Assembly: GCA_015494465.1 (NCBI GenBank)
Contig: WGBD01000001.1
Coordinates: forward strand, 25,030 to 89,029
DNA from: Candidatus Omnitrophota bacterium
GTDB lineage: Bacteria; Omnitrophota; Gorgyraeia; S143-82
Reading direction: 5' to 3'
Length of the DNA stretch: 64,000 bases
In this document: positions 40,984 through 49,465 of the stretch, piece by piece
Layout: the number at the start of each line of letters is the position of its first letter
Numbering within the stretch: the stretch's first letter is position 1
Notes under the pieces: model-generated
Told to the model about the DNA's origin: nothing
What the model saw: the letters and a program-made list of their open reading frames with translations, nothing else
Databases searched by the model: none
Program-made: the position numbers and the translations under genes

Positions 40984-42492
40984 CTAAAAACAACCTCTCC
41001 TGTCGGTCCTTTCCAGGACGAGCTCTATCTTCTTCCTCTCCTTCAAATCCCGCAGTATCTCTAATGCGATTCTATCTCCCGGTCTGTGCCTGCGTATGAT
41101 GTCCAGAAACTGCCTCGGGAGCAATTCACCGTAAGGACCTTTTCTGCCGTCAACGGTTAGAATGATATCGCCCGCCTTCAACCCTGCCTCGTCAGCAGGA
41201 CTGCCCGGACACACATCAAGCACAACGGTTGAGGGCACACCTGCGTACTTTTCTTCTACCTGGTTCGTCATCGCGATGTATGCCCCAATCCAAACGCGCG
41301 GAGGCCTCTGGTAATGCTCATATATGGAAAACACATCCCTGGCATTCGGCATCTCTGCCAGCAGGTCGGACCTCTTCCTCAACGACATCATACGCGGATC
41401 CAATGTGTAATCATTCATAAGGACTTCCACATAAGGGTAAAGCCAGGCATCGTTTGCCCAGTGGACATACGGTCCGCCGAAGACGAGTCCCCGGGCCATT
41501 GCATCCAAGTCCATCTGCCAGCCCTTGTCCGTTTTTTCTATGAAGTACGGTGGAAGTTTTGCCATCTTCATGTAATCCGCATCCGGATGAAACACCACTG
41601 CCCACTTGCCCTTCTGTCTCACCTCATAACTAACGCCATCCCAGGCCTGGGCCTCGGCTCGTCTCTGGCCGGTAGTGGTGTTCCAGTACCTGAAGAATGC
41701 CTTGGTGCGCTCGTTGAAGAGGTCCACGGAATAATCCGACAAATTCATCGTGCAGAATTCCAGATAGCGCCTGAAGGCAAGTTCCGGAGTGGGTTGGGCA
41801 GAGAAGTACTCCTTCAACTCCTTGGGCGTTTGGGGGCGCGGTCTCCTGAGGGCGGATCCAAAGTCGAATCTCCCTTTTGCGCCTCCACCACCGGAGTAGT
41901 GGCCTATCCTTAAGCGCTCCTTTATCTGCCTCACATCAACGCCCCTATCCTGCATACGGTATATCCTGTAGACGAAGTTCTCTATACTGGCCAGAAAGCC
42001 TTTCTCCCAGTCCGCCTGTTCAAGAAACTCGTTCAGTATCTCCCTCTCCACCTGGCCTACATACCTATCCGTAAACACCGCCTCTAAGTCATAACCGATC
42101 TCTATCTTCACCTGTTTGGTCCGCCAGTCTATCAGTATCAGGACACCCTTCTTACCCTGAGTGCTCCTGCCTATCTGCCAGCGGGTAAATATGTCCGCGG
42201 TATAGGTGGTAATGTCCTTTGGAGCCACGGAGGGCACCACCATCACCACGAAGTCTATGTCAAAGGCCTTACGAAGGTTTTGCCCCATTTGATTTATCTC
42301 TCTCACCACATCCATTGGGACCACACCGACGAAATCAAAGCAAAAGATCTCCTTACCCTTGGCATCCTTGGGCCTCCTCGCCGGGACACTTCCGCGTTTG
42401 TGGGCATGGGAAAACCGTTCGTAAGCCCAAAATCCAAGGCCGGAAAGCATCACGAGGAGCAATCCAATCAGTACAACCCGACCGATCTTCAT
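40984..42492 (-). CDS. membrane-anchored TPM-domain protein with C-terminal PDZ domain
   Basis: N-terminal TM; TPM/DUF477-like block FDFVGVVPMD...VLILIDWRTKQVKIEIGYDLE; about 250 aa unassigned; C-terminal PDZ GSPADEAGLKAGDIILTVDG. Confidence 0.7.
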   Translation of the reverse strand: MKIGRVVLIGLLLVMLSGLGFWAYERFSHAHKRGSVPARRPKDAKGKEIFCFDFVGVVPMDVVREINQMGQNLRKAFDIDFVVMVVPSVAPKDITTYTADIFTRWQIGRSTQGKKGVLILIDWRTKQVKIEIGYDLEAVFTDRYVGQVEREILNEFLEQADWEKGFLASIENFVYRIYRMQDRGVDVRQIKERLRIGHYSGGGGAKGRFDFGSALRRPRPQTPKELKEYFSAQPTPELAFRRYLEFCTMNLSDYSVDLFNERTKAFFRYWNTTTGQRRAEAQAWDGVSYEVRQKGKWAVVFHPDADYMKMAKLPPYFIEKTDKGWQMDLDAMARGLVFGGPYVHWANDAWLYPYVEVLMNDYTLDPRMMSLRKRSDLLAEMPNARDVFSIYEHYQRPPRVWIGAYIAMTNQVEEKYAGVPSTVVLDVCPGSPADEAGLKAGDIILTVDGRKGPYGELLPRQFLDIIRRHRPGDRIALEILRDLKERKKIELVLERTDRRGCF

Positions 42493-42527
42493 CTCCTACC
42501 CCCTACACTGCCGGTCCCCGGAGACCT

Positions 42528-43118
42528 CTAAAACTTTACCTCCGCGGGCTTGTTAGCCTGATTCGTTGCCTTGAAAAACTCCTTAGGCCTAAAGCCCAAT
42601 ACCTTGGCAATGATCTTGTGAGGGAATATCTCCAGGGTTCGGTTGTAGTCTGCTACAGCATAGTTGTACCTCTCCCTCGCCACTGCGATGCGGTTCTCGG
42701 TGCCCTCTAACTGGTCCTGAAGGGCCAAGAAGTTCTGGTCGGCCTTGAGGTAGGGATAGTTTTCCACCAACGCCAACAACCTCTCAATCTCCCCATCTAA
42801 TACGCTCTTTGCCTCCATCAACTTCTCAGGAGAGGCACCGTTACCCTTAAGGAGATTTTCCATCATCGCCCTGGTCTTGGTCACCCCAAGCAGTACCTCC
42901 TTTTCGTGAACCGCATAACCCTTTACCGTATTAACGAGATTCGGTACCAGATCCAGCCTCCTCTGGAGTTGGGCCTCTACATCCCCCCAGGCAGCCTCTA
43001 CTGCCTTCTGCTTTGTTACGATGGTGTTATAGGCAACCACAAACCAGCCCAAAATCACCGCAACGAAGATCAATACAACCACACCAACCGCACCACTGCC
43101 TACCCGATTCATTCTCAT
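42528..43118 (-). CDS. lemA: LemA family protein
   Basis: 196 aa, N-terminal TM then LemA-type helical domain (...AWGDVEAQLQRRLDLVPNLV...VENYPYLKADQNF...RERYNYAVADYN...). Confidence 0.8.
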   Translation of the reverse strand: MRMNRVGSGAVGVVVLIFVAVILGWFVVAYNTIVTKQKAVEAAWGDVEAQLQRRLDLVPNLVNTVKGYAVHEKEVLLGVTKTRAMMENLLKGNGASPEKLMEAKSVLDGEIERLLALVENYPYLKADQNFLALQDQLEGTENRIAVARERYNYAVADYNRTLEIFPHKIIAKVLGFRPKEFFKATNQANKPAEVKF

Positions 43119-43135
43119 CTCAGACCTCCTTTTTA

Positions 43136-43900
43136 TTAGGCCCCGTAATAACTAACTTCCTTGGCCTCTCTCACCACAATACTGCCCGGGAAGGCCTTGG
43201 TAAAGACCTTATAGACCTTCACCGCACGGTTGTAGGCAAGCCTTGCCTTCGTGAGCATCTTCTCGACTTCCCTGATCTGCAATATCACGGTCGCGTAGTC
43301 CTTGCCGAATTCCGTAATAGGATAGGACTCCACCAATGCAAGTAGTTTGGACGCACCCGCATCTACCTCGTCGAGGTTGACATTCCGGTAATTGCTGAGT
43401 TTGGTCCGCAACTTGGCAATCTCCTCCAGCAAGGTTCTCTCTATCTGGGCGTGGCGCTCGGCAAGGGATATGGCCTTCTCCAAGAGGTCCACCTTCTGCT
43501 GATAAAAGGCCAAGACCGACGCCCAGGCCTCGTTGACCCTCTCCTCCAAGCGTATCTTTTGGTTCCTGAGATGGATAAAGAACAACTGCCAAGCGGTGAT
43601 GATAAACACCGCCAGGGCAACGATTGAGAATAAGAGCGCCCTATCCATGTCTCTCACCTCCTTCACGACCCACCAGATCCCAACCCCGACCACTAGGGCC
43701 AGCGGGATAAACCGCAAAAAGCTCAACACCGGATAAGCCCCTTTCTTCTCACCCTCTCCGGTGGCCTCTATCAACCTCTCCAGAACCTGCTCCTTCTTTA
43801 CCTGAGAATCCAGTATCGCCTGCTTCAGGGCGGAGGCCTCCTCAGGGGATATACTCCCCTTCATCAGCATCTCGTCTATTCTCCTCATCTCCTCCTGCAT
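43136..43900 (-). CDS. LemA-like protein with N-terminal SHOCT-like motif
   Basis: N-terminus RIDEMLMKGSISPEEASALKQAIL resembles SHOCT; TM segment; C-terminal LemA-like region (...VESYPITEFGKDYATV...ARLAYNRAVKVY...). Confidence 0.6.
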   Translation of the reverse strand: MQEEMRRIDEMLMKGSISPEEASALKQAILDSQVKKEQVLERLIEATGEGEKKGAYPVLSFLRFIPLALVVGVGIWWVVKEVRDMDRALLFSIVALAVFIITAWQLFFIHLRNQKIRLEERVNEAWASVLAFYQQKVDLLEKAISLAERHAQIERTLLEEIAKLRTKLSNYRNVNLDEVDAGASKLLALVESYPITEFGKDYATVILQIREVEKMLTKARLAYNRAVKVYKVFTKAFPGSIVVREAKEVSYYGA

Positions 43901-43910
43901 ATGTCCCCTC

Positions 43911-44270
43911 CTACAACTCCTTTATCAACTTGCTAGCCACTTCCGCCGAGATATTCCCCTTATCCACCTGATTGAGGATGTACCGGATCTCACCAGCCCT
44001 ATGCTCCTCCACCAGATCCCTGAGGCGGGCAATCACCCTGTCCAGACGCAGGCGTACGGTGGGATAACTTACCCCCAACTTCCGGGCCAGATCCTTTAGT
44101 TTCCCATCGCAGAGCAGGAACTCCTCTATCAGGCGCTGGTCCTCGTAGGGCAACCTGCTCAAGGCGCTGAGGGAGAACAGACCCGAGATCTCCGTCCCGC
44201 AGTCCTGACACCCGACCGCGCTCACCCTCACCTTACCACCGCAGAACGGGCACCTGTCCATCAACCTCAT
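43911..44270 (-). CDS. DUF2089-like zinc-ribbon/HTH protein with C-terminal SHOCT-like motif
   Basis: CPFCGGKVRVSAVGCQDCG zinc ribbon, HTH-like LARKLGVSYPTVRLRLDR, C-terminal ILNQVDKGNISAEVASKLIKEL; strong SD GGTGAGGAG and TTGACT-N16-TATATT upstream. Confidence 0.6.
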   Translation of the reverse strand: MRLMDRCPFCGGKVRVSAVGCQDCGTEISGLFSLSALSRLPYEDQRLIEEFLLCDGKLKDLARKLGVSYPTVRLRLDRVIARLRDLVEEHRAGEIRYILNQVDKGNISAEVASKLIKEL

Positions 44271-44460
44271 CTCTCCTCACCTCATCTGGAAATATAACAA
44301 AAATTAAACCAAAGTCAACAAATTGATTGAAAAAATGCAACAAAATTGACGAATTAATTTAACAATATTGAATGGCTACTCCATTCCCCCTCCCATCCAC
44401 CCCTCAGCAAGGCTCTCAATCCTAACTCTGGTCCTATATATGTGTTAAAATTAATCCGTA
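44271..44460. promoter_or_regulatory. AT-rich divergent promoter region between DUF2089 gene (minus) and comM-rpoN (plus)
   Basis: 190 nt far more AT-rich than surroundings; direct repeats CAACAAATTGA / CAACAAAATTGA / AATATTGAA; minus-strand TTGACT-N16-TATATT plus SD GGTGAGGAG; plus-strand TAAAAT 10 nt before comM ATG. Confidence 0.5.
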
Positions 44461-45990
44461 ATGGCAGGTATAGTTAAAGTACACAGTATCGGAATGTTTG
44501 GGGTGGAAACGGTACCGGTTGAGGTGGAGGTGGACCTCTCCAGCGGACTGCCGAGCGTAGCGATCGTCGGACTTCCTGATTCAGCGGTAAGAGAGAGCAA
44601 GGAGCGGATAAGGTCCGCCCTAAAAAACACCTTCAACACCCTACCCAAAGGCAGGTTGACGATAAGCCTTGCCCCTGCAGATGTCAAAAAGGAAGGGGCA
44701 TTCTTTGACCTGCCGATAGCCCTGGCGATCCTTGCCCACCTCGAGGTCCTGCCCCGCCAAACCCTGCAGGAGTTCACCATCATCGGAGAACTGTCTCTGG
44801 ACGGGAAGGTGCGCAGGGTAAACGGGGCCCTGGCCATAGCAGACGAGGTGGCAAGGTCGGCCAAATTGCCTCAGAAACTTATCCTACCCCACGCCAACAG
44901 GTTAGAGGCCAGCTTGATAAGAGATCTTCAATTATACCCGGTCAAGAGTCTCGCGGAGGCAGTCGAGGTAATTCTCGATCCGGAACGACCTCCTTATTCC
45001 CGGCAGGGAGAACCAGACATAGAAAACGAATCGCTTAACGAAGACCTGGACTTCGCGGAGGTGAAGGGGCAGGAGACCGCCAAGCGGGCATTGGAGATAT
45101 CCGCTGCCGGTGGACACAATGTCCTTATGGTCGGCCCCCCGGGAACGGGCAAGACCATGCTCGCCCGCAGGCTCCCGACCATCCTTCCACCCCTTACCGA
45201 GGCCCAGATAGTGGAGACGACCAAGATATACAGTATAAAAGGGCTCCTCGGGGAAGACGGCATCGTCCGCAGGCCACCCTTCCGAGCCCCTCACCACAGC
45301 AGTAGCGCCCCTGCAGTAGTAGGCGGAGGCAATCCCCCGATGCCCGGTGAGATAAGCCTCGCCCACAACGGGGTGCTGTTTCTAGACGAGCTGCCGGAAT
45401 TCCGCAGGGATGTCATAGAGGCCCTGAGGGAGCCCATGGAAGAGGGATACATCCGCATCTCTCGGGCAGGCACTACCACCAGGTTTCCCGCCAGATTCAT
45501 AATGATTGCAGCGATGAACCCCTGCCCCTGCGGTTACCTCAACAGCACCCGTCGGACCTGCGTGTGCGAAGAGTACCAGATACAGAGGTACCGCAGAAAG
45601 GTCTCTGGACCCATTCTGGACAGGATAGACCTACACATAGAGGTCAACGACATAGAACCGGAGAAACTACAAGCCAGTGAATCCTCGGTGGATTCCGCCT
45701 CTATGAGGGAACGGGTCATAAAGGCACGGGAACGCCAGAGGTGGCGCTTTCGTGATACCCCGATAGAGACCAACTCCCAGATGAGCAACAGACTCATAAG
45801 ACTCCACTGCAGACTGGACGATAAGGCCCAGGAGATGCTCAAACAGGCAGTCCTGCGCCTGGGACTGTCCACCCGGGCCTACACCCGCACCCTCAAGGTG
45901 GCAAGGACCATAGCGGACCTCGAGAACAGTGAGCAGATAAAGACCACGCACATACTCGAGGCCCTCACCTACCGGTTTTCTTGGCAATGA
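44461..45990 (+). CDS. comM: Mg-chelatase-like AAA+ ATPase YifB/ComM
   Basis: 509 aa; N-terminal Lon-protease-like domain, Walker A GPPGTGKTMLA, C-terminal Mg-chelatase domain. Confidence 0.9.
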   Translation: MAGIVKVHSIGMFGVETVPVEVEVDLSSGLPSVAIVGLPDSAVRESKERIRSALKNTFNTLPKGRLTISLAPADVKKEGAFFDLPIALAILAHLEVLPRQTLQEFTIIGELSLDGKVRRVNGALAIADEVARSAKLPQKLILPHANRLEASLIRDLQLYPVKSLAEAVEVILDPERPPYSRQGEPDIENESLNEDLDFAEVKGQETAKRALEISAAGGHNVLMVGPPGTGKTMLARRLPTILPPLTEAQIVETTKIYSIKGLLGEDGIVRRPPFRAPHHSSSAPAVVGGGNPPMPGEISLAHNGVLFLDELPEFRRDVIEALREPMEEGYIRISRAGTTTRFPARFIMIAAMNPCPCGYLNSTRRTCVCEEYQIQRYRRKVSGPILDRIDLHIEVNDIEPEKLQASESSVDSASMRERVIKARERQRWRFRDTPIETNSQMSNRLIRLHCRLDDKAQEMLKQAVLRLGLSTRAYTRTLKVARTIADLENSEQIKTTHILEALTYRFSWQ

Positions 45991-47318
45991 AGCAGAAGCT
46001 GACCCAGACCACATCCATCCGACAGGAGATACACCTCACTCCCCAGATGCAGCAGTTTCTCAAGGTCATACAAATGCCTGCATTGGAACTGTACCAGTTT
46101 ATACAAACCGAACTGGAGAACAATCCCCTCCTAGAGGCGGAGATGGACTACGAGGTGCTACAGGACCAACCCACGCCGCCAGAAGACATAACTGAGACCC
46201 TGCCCGATCCCGACACCCTCTTCACCCAAGACCTCTACAATCCCGTAAACGAGCAATACGACTACGGAGACAGCGACCACCTTCGTCCTGAACCAACCTG
46301 TAGGGAGAACTGGCGGAGTCAGGCAGTAAAAGACCTCAGGTTAACACTGGATGAGAGAGAGGCCAAGATCGCAGAGTACATAATATTCAACCTCGACGAG
46401 GAGGGCTTTCTCAAACTCACCGACGAAGAGATCGCCCAGGCTCTGGGGGTTGAGGAAGAGGAGGTCCAATCGACACTTGCCCACCTGAGACAGATACTGC
46501 CTCCCGGTCTCACCGCCCGCACCGTGAAGGAGTGCCTCCTCCTGCAGATAGAACGACGGGAAGGCAGGGAAAGTCCGACCTACCGCATAGTAAACGAGGC
46601 CTTCTCCGACCTCATACGCAGAAGATACAGGAAGATCGCCCGAGAATTAAAGCTGCCCCTAAAACAGGTCAACCTCGTCGCCCAGAACCTTTCTCGATAC
46701 CGCACCCGTCCATTGGTCGCCAAGGACATCCCCGCCTGCGCCTACCCCGAATACGAGATAAAGGTAGTGGACGGACAGATAGTGATAGAGAGGATATCCA
46801 CCCTGCCCGTCCCAAGGCTTCGTTTAAATCAAAGGTACATAGAGACCCTGCGCAATTCCAAGGACAGATCTGCCCGCAAGTTCCTCTCCCATTACCTGCA
46901 AAGGGCAAAGGCAGTGATACAGGCCACCCGAGAGCGGGAGGAGAAACTGCTGTCTCTCCTGCAATTCCTGGCCCAGCGCCAACGGGAATTCGTAGAGAGT
47001 GGACCTGCTTACCTAAAGCCCCTCACCATGAAACAGGCCTCGCGTACCACCGGCCTGTCGGAATCAACCATCTCCCGACTGGCTAATAACAAGTTCGTGC
47101 AGGTCCCGTGGGGATGCATCAGGATAAAGGACTTCTTCCTCAATCCCCTCTCCTACACCAACGACACACCCAGAGATATGATATTGGGAATCATCAGGGA
47201 GATCATAGAATCCTCGGACAAACGCTTATCCGACGAGAAGATACGGGAACTCCTCAAGGAACGCGGTATACAACTATCCCGCAGGACAGTGAACAAATAT
47301 AGGCACATGCTGGGATGA
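45981..47318 (+). CDS. rpoN: RNA polymerase sigma-54 factor
   Basis: 445 aa; region I, core-binding region, C-terminal RpoN box RRTVNKYR; start overlaps comM stop by 10 nt. Confidence 0.92.
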   Translation: MAMKQKLTQTTSIRQEIHLTPQMQQFLKVIQMPALELYQFIQTELENNPLLEAEMDYEVLQDQPTPPEDITETLPDPDTLFTQDLYNPVNEQYDYGDSDHLRPEPTCRENWRSQAVKDLRLTLDEREAKIAEYIIFNLDEEGFLKLTDEEIAQALGVEEEEVQSTLAHLRQILPPGLTARTVKECLLLQIERREGRESPTYRIVNEAFSDLIRRRYRKIARELKLPLKQVNLVAQNLSRYRTRPLVAKDIPACAYPEYEIKVVDGQIVIERISTLPVPRLRLNQRYIETLRNSKDRSARKFLSHYLQRAKAVIQATREREEKLLSLLQFLAQRQREFVESGPAYLKPLTMKQASRTTGLSESTISRLANNKFVQVPWGCIRIKDFFLNPLSYTNDTPRDMILGIIREIIESSDKRLSDEKIRELLKERGIQLSRRTVNKYRHMLG

Positions 47319-47322
47319 GGGC

Positions 47323-48507
47323 TCAAATCACAAACTCCTCCAGCGATTCTATTCGGATGGTTTCCATTCTATTTTCAAGATCTCGGGAGGAACTGAACCT
47401 AACCTTGAGGTAATTCCTCGCAGTACCTATCCAGACGCCTCTTTGTTCCTCTTCTTCGAACAGGACCTCCAATTCCCTGCCTACGAACCGCTCTGCATAC
47501 TCCCGGGCATAGATTTTGGCCCGATCCAGGACCTCCGCCACCCGTCTCTTCTTCTCCCTTCCGCTGACCTGTCCATCGAAGCCCTCTGCAGGTGTACCCG
47601 GGCGGGGACTGAATGGAAAGGCATGCACCCGCATAGGCCTTATCTCGTCCAATAAAGAGAGGGTCTCCTTAAACTGCACCTCTCCTTCACCGGGGAAGCC
47701 AACCATTATGTCCGTGCTTATCGCTATATCTGGGACCTCCTTTCGTATCCGTTCCACCAACCGCAGGATGAAGTCCCTGTCGTAAGGCCTGCCCATCCGA
47801 CTCAGGATCTCCGAAGATCCGCTCTGGAAAGGAATGTGCAGGTGCTCACAGAGTAGGCCCTCCTTGCAGGCCTGAACGATCTCATCCGAGACGAAAAACG
47901 GCTCTATAGAACTCAACCTCACCCGGGCAATCCCCGCCTTTTCCCGGGCAAACCTCGCCAAGGAGACCAGATCCTGTCCGCCCCAGCCCATGCATATCCC
48001 GGTAAGGACTACCTCCTGCACACCTAACTCACCAAGTCGCAAGAGGTCCTGCTCTATTGCCCGCGGGTCTCTCAATCTGGCCTCTCCCCTCAACTTTGGT
48101 ATGTAACAATAGGTGCACCCCATACTGCATCCGTCCTGGACCTTCACGAAGGCCCGGGTGTGCCCGTAGAAGGAAGTGATACCCCCCGGCAACTGGAAGA
48201 ATCTCTCCTTCTCCACTTGCGGGACAAGGCGGACCTCCCCAACGCTCTTTTTCTGGAGCAGGAGTGCGGTGGCACTGCAGGCGGTAACGAGTACCTCCTT
48301 ACCCTCCCTAAGGGCCTTTTTCGCAGTCTGCTCCGCCTTGGACTGGGCCCGGGATGTGACCGCGCAACCGTTTATTATCACCGTACGGGCAGAGGCCCAA
48401 TCGTCGGTAAGAAGGATCCCCTGGCGCACCAAGGCCTCCCTCATCAACTGGCCCTCGTACTGATTGACCTTGCATCCAAAGTTAACTATCAATACCGGTC
48501 CCGTCAT
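47323..48507 (-). CDS. MiaB-family radical-SAM tRNA/ribosomal methylthiotransferase (MtaB/RimO-like)
   Basis: N-terminal MTTase domain FGCKVNQYE, radical SAM CSMGCTYC, C-terminal TRAM; ORF track start 48537, ATG at 48507 fits family N-terminus. Confidence 0.85.
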   Translation of the reverse strand: MTGPVLIVNFGCKVNQYEGQLMREALVRQGILLTDDWASARTVIINGCAVTSRAQSKAEQTAKKALREGKEVLVTACSATALLLQKKSVGEVRLVPQVEKERFFQLPGGITSFYGHTRAFVKVQDGCSMGCTYCYIPKLRGEARLRDPRAIEQDLLRLGELGVQEVVLTGICMGWGGQDLVSLARFAREKAGIARVRLSSIEPFFVSDEIVQACKEGLLCEHLHIPFQSGSSEILSRMGRPYDRDFILRLVERIRKEVPDIAISTDIMVGFPGEGEVQFKETLSLLDEIRPMRVHAFPFSPRPGTPAEGFDGQVSGREKKRRVAEVLDRAKIYAREYAERFVGRELEVLFEEEEQRGVWIGTARNYLKVRFSSSRDLENRMETIRIESLEEFVI

Positions 48508-48814
48508 CCAGATCGTCCTCCCACTCCAGACCTGCAAGCGGATTCTGAATCACGGCATCGTAATCGTAAAGGCAATAAATGGCCTCCCTGCTAACCTTGT
48601 AGTGAGTGTAATATCGGATGGCTCCGACCATCACCACCAAGGTACAGGCCAGCACCACCCCCCATCCCCCTCGCAGTAACAGGCCTCGCCATCCGGGGAC
48701 TACCCTGCGCCTTTCCTCCTCCAAGGCCCTTTTGAGGATGACGCCCCACAGCCCCTTTGGCGGGGATTCCTTGAGACCCTTCATCCCCTCGTACAACCTG
48801 TCTATCCTGTCCAT
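48482..48814 (-). CDS. hypothetical single-TM protein, putative anti-sigma factor
   Basis: 110 aa with one TM segment; start overlaps ECF sigma stop by 13 nt; no HxxxCxxC zinc motif, so assignment is positional only. Confidence 0.4.
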   Translation of the reverse strand: MDRIDRLYEGMKGLKESPPKGLWGVILKRALEEERRRVVPGWRGLLLRGGWGVVLACTLVVMVGAIRYYTHYKVSREAIYCLYDYDAVIQNPLAGLEWEDDLDDGTGIDS

Positions 48815-49341
48815 AACCCCTCCTGCTTCAAGAGGATCCGTCCCTGTTTCCTAAACTCTTCCCTGGCCCGATTGAGGCGACTCTTTACCGTGTTTACACC
48901 CATCCCCAGGGCCCTGCCTATCTCCTCGTAAGATAGCCCTTCCACCTCCCGCAAGACCAATATCAACCGCGTCTCCGGCGACAATCGCCTGAGTATCTCC
49001 CTCACCAATTCCTTGTCTTCCCACCTCTCACCAGGGCGATCGTCTGCCTTCAAGGTCTCTTCCTTTATCCCGCAATCCTTTCTCCTGCGAAGGTAATTGA
49101 GGGCGGTATTCACCGTCGCCCTGTATATGTAGGTCTTCAAACTGGAACGGAACATAAACCCTTTAACCTTCCGATAAAGGCGCAAGAAGACCTCCTGCGC
49201 CAGATCCTCTGCCTCGGAAGGGTTGCCCAGGACATTGTAGGCAACGCTGTACACGAAAGAGCCGTACCTGTGGTAGACCTCCTCAAAGGCCCGCAGGTCC
49301 CCTTTACGCAGTCGCTCTATCAGGTCCCTGTCCTCAACCAT
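48802..49341 (-). CDS. ECF-type RNA polymerase sigma-70 factor
   Basis: 179 aa; region 2 (...YRYGSFVYSVAYNVLGNPSEAEDLAQEVFLRLYRK...) and region 4 HTH (...LSYEEIGRALGMGVNTVKSRL...). Confidence 0.9.
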   Translation of the reverse strand: MVEDRDLIERLRKGDLRAFEEVYHRYGSFVYSVAYNVLGNPSEAEDLAQEVFLRLYRKVKGFMFRSSLKTYIYRATVNTALNYLRRRKDCGIKEETLKADDRPGERWEDKELVREILRRLSPETRLILVLREVEGLSYEEIGRALGMGVNTVKSRLNRAREEFRKQGRILLKQEGLWTG

Positions 49342-49357
49342 AATCCCGTCTCAATAC

Positions 49358-49386
49358 ATTAGACACGCAAAGGCGCACTTAAGTTC
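49358..49386 (-). promoter_or_regulatory. candidate ECF-sigma-dependent (autoregulatory) promoter upstream of ECF sigma gene
   Basis: Minus strand reads GGAACTT-N16-GTCTAA, about 16 nt upstream of the sigma ATG, matching the sigE/ECF consensus (-35 GGAACTT, -10 GTCTAA). Confidence 0.55.
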
Positions 49387-49404
49387 CCCAGAGATTCACC
49401 GATA

Positions 49405-49434
49405 GACAAAAAGAGGGGGATCAGCTCCCCCTTT
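49405..49434 (-). terminator. intrinsic terminator downstream of nitroreductase gene
   Basis: Minus-strand RNA AGGGGGA-gcuga-UCCCCCU followed by CUUUUUG; about 30 nt after nitroreductase stop. Confidence 0.6.
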
Positions 49435-49465
49435 AGATCCCAAGAAAGGGCCACTCAGCATCCAA

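Noticed and set aside
44271-44460. AT-rich 190-nt segment as a possible integration site or foreign DNA remnant
   Set aside because: It is flanked on both sides by housekeeping-type genes with normal composition and contains recognisable divergent promoter elements; more simply explained as a regulatory spacer.
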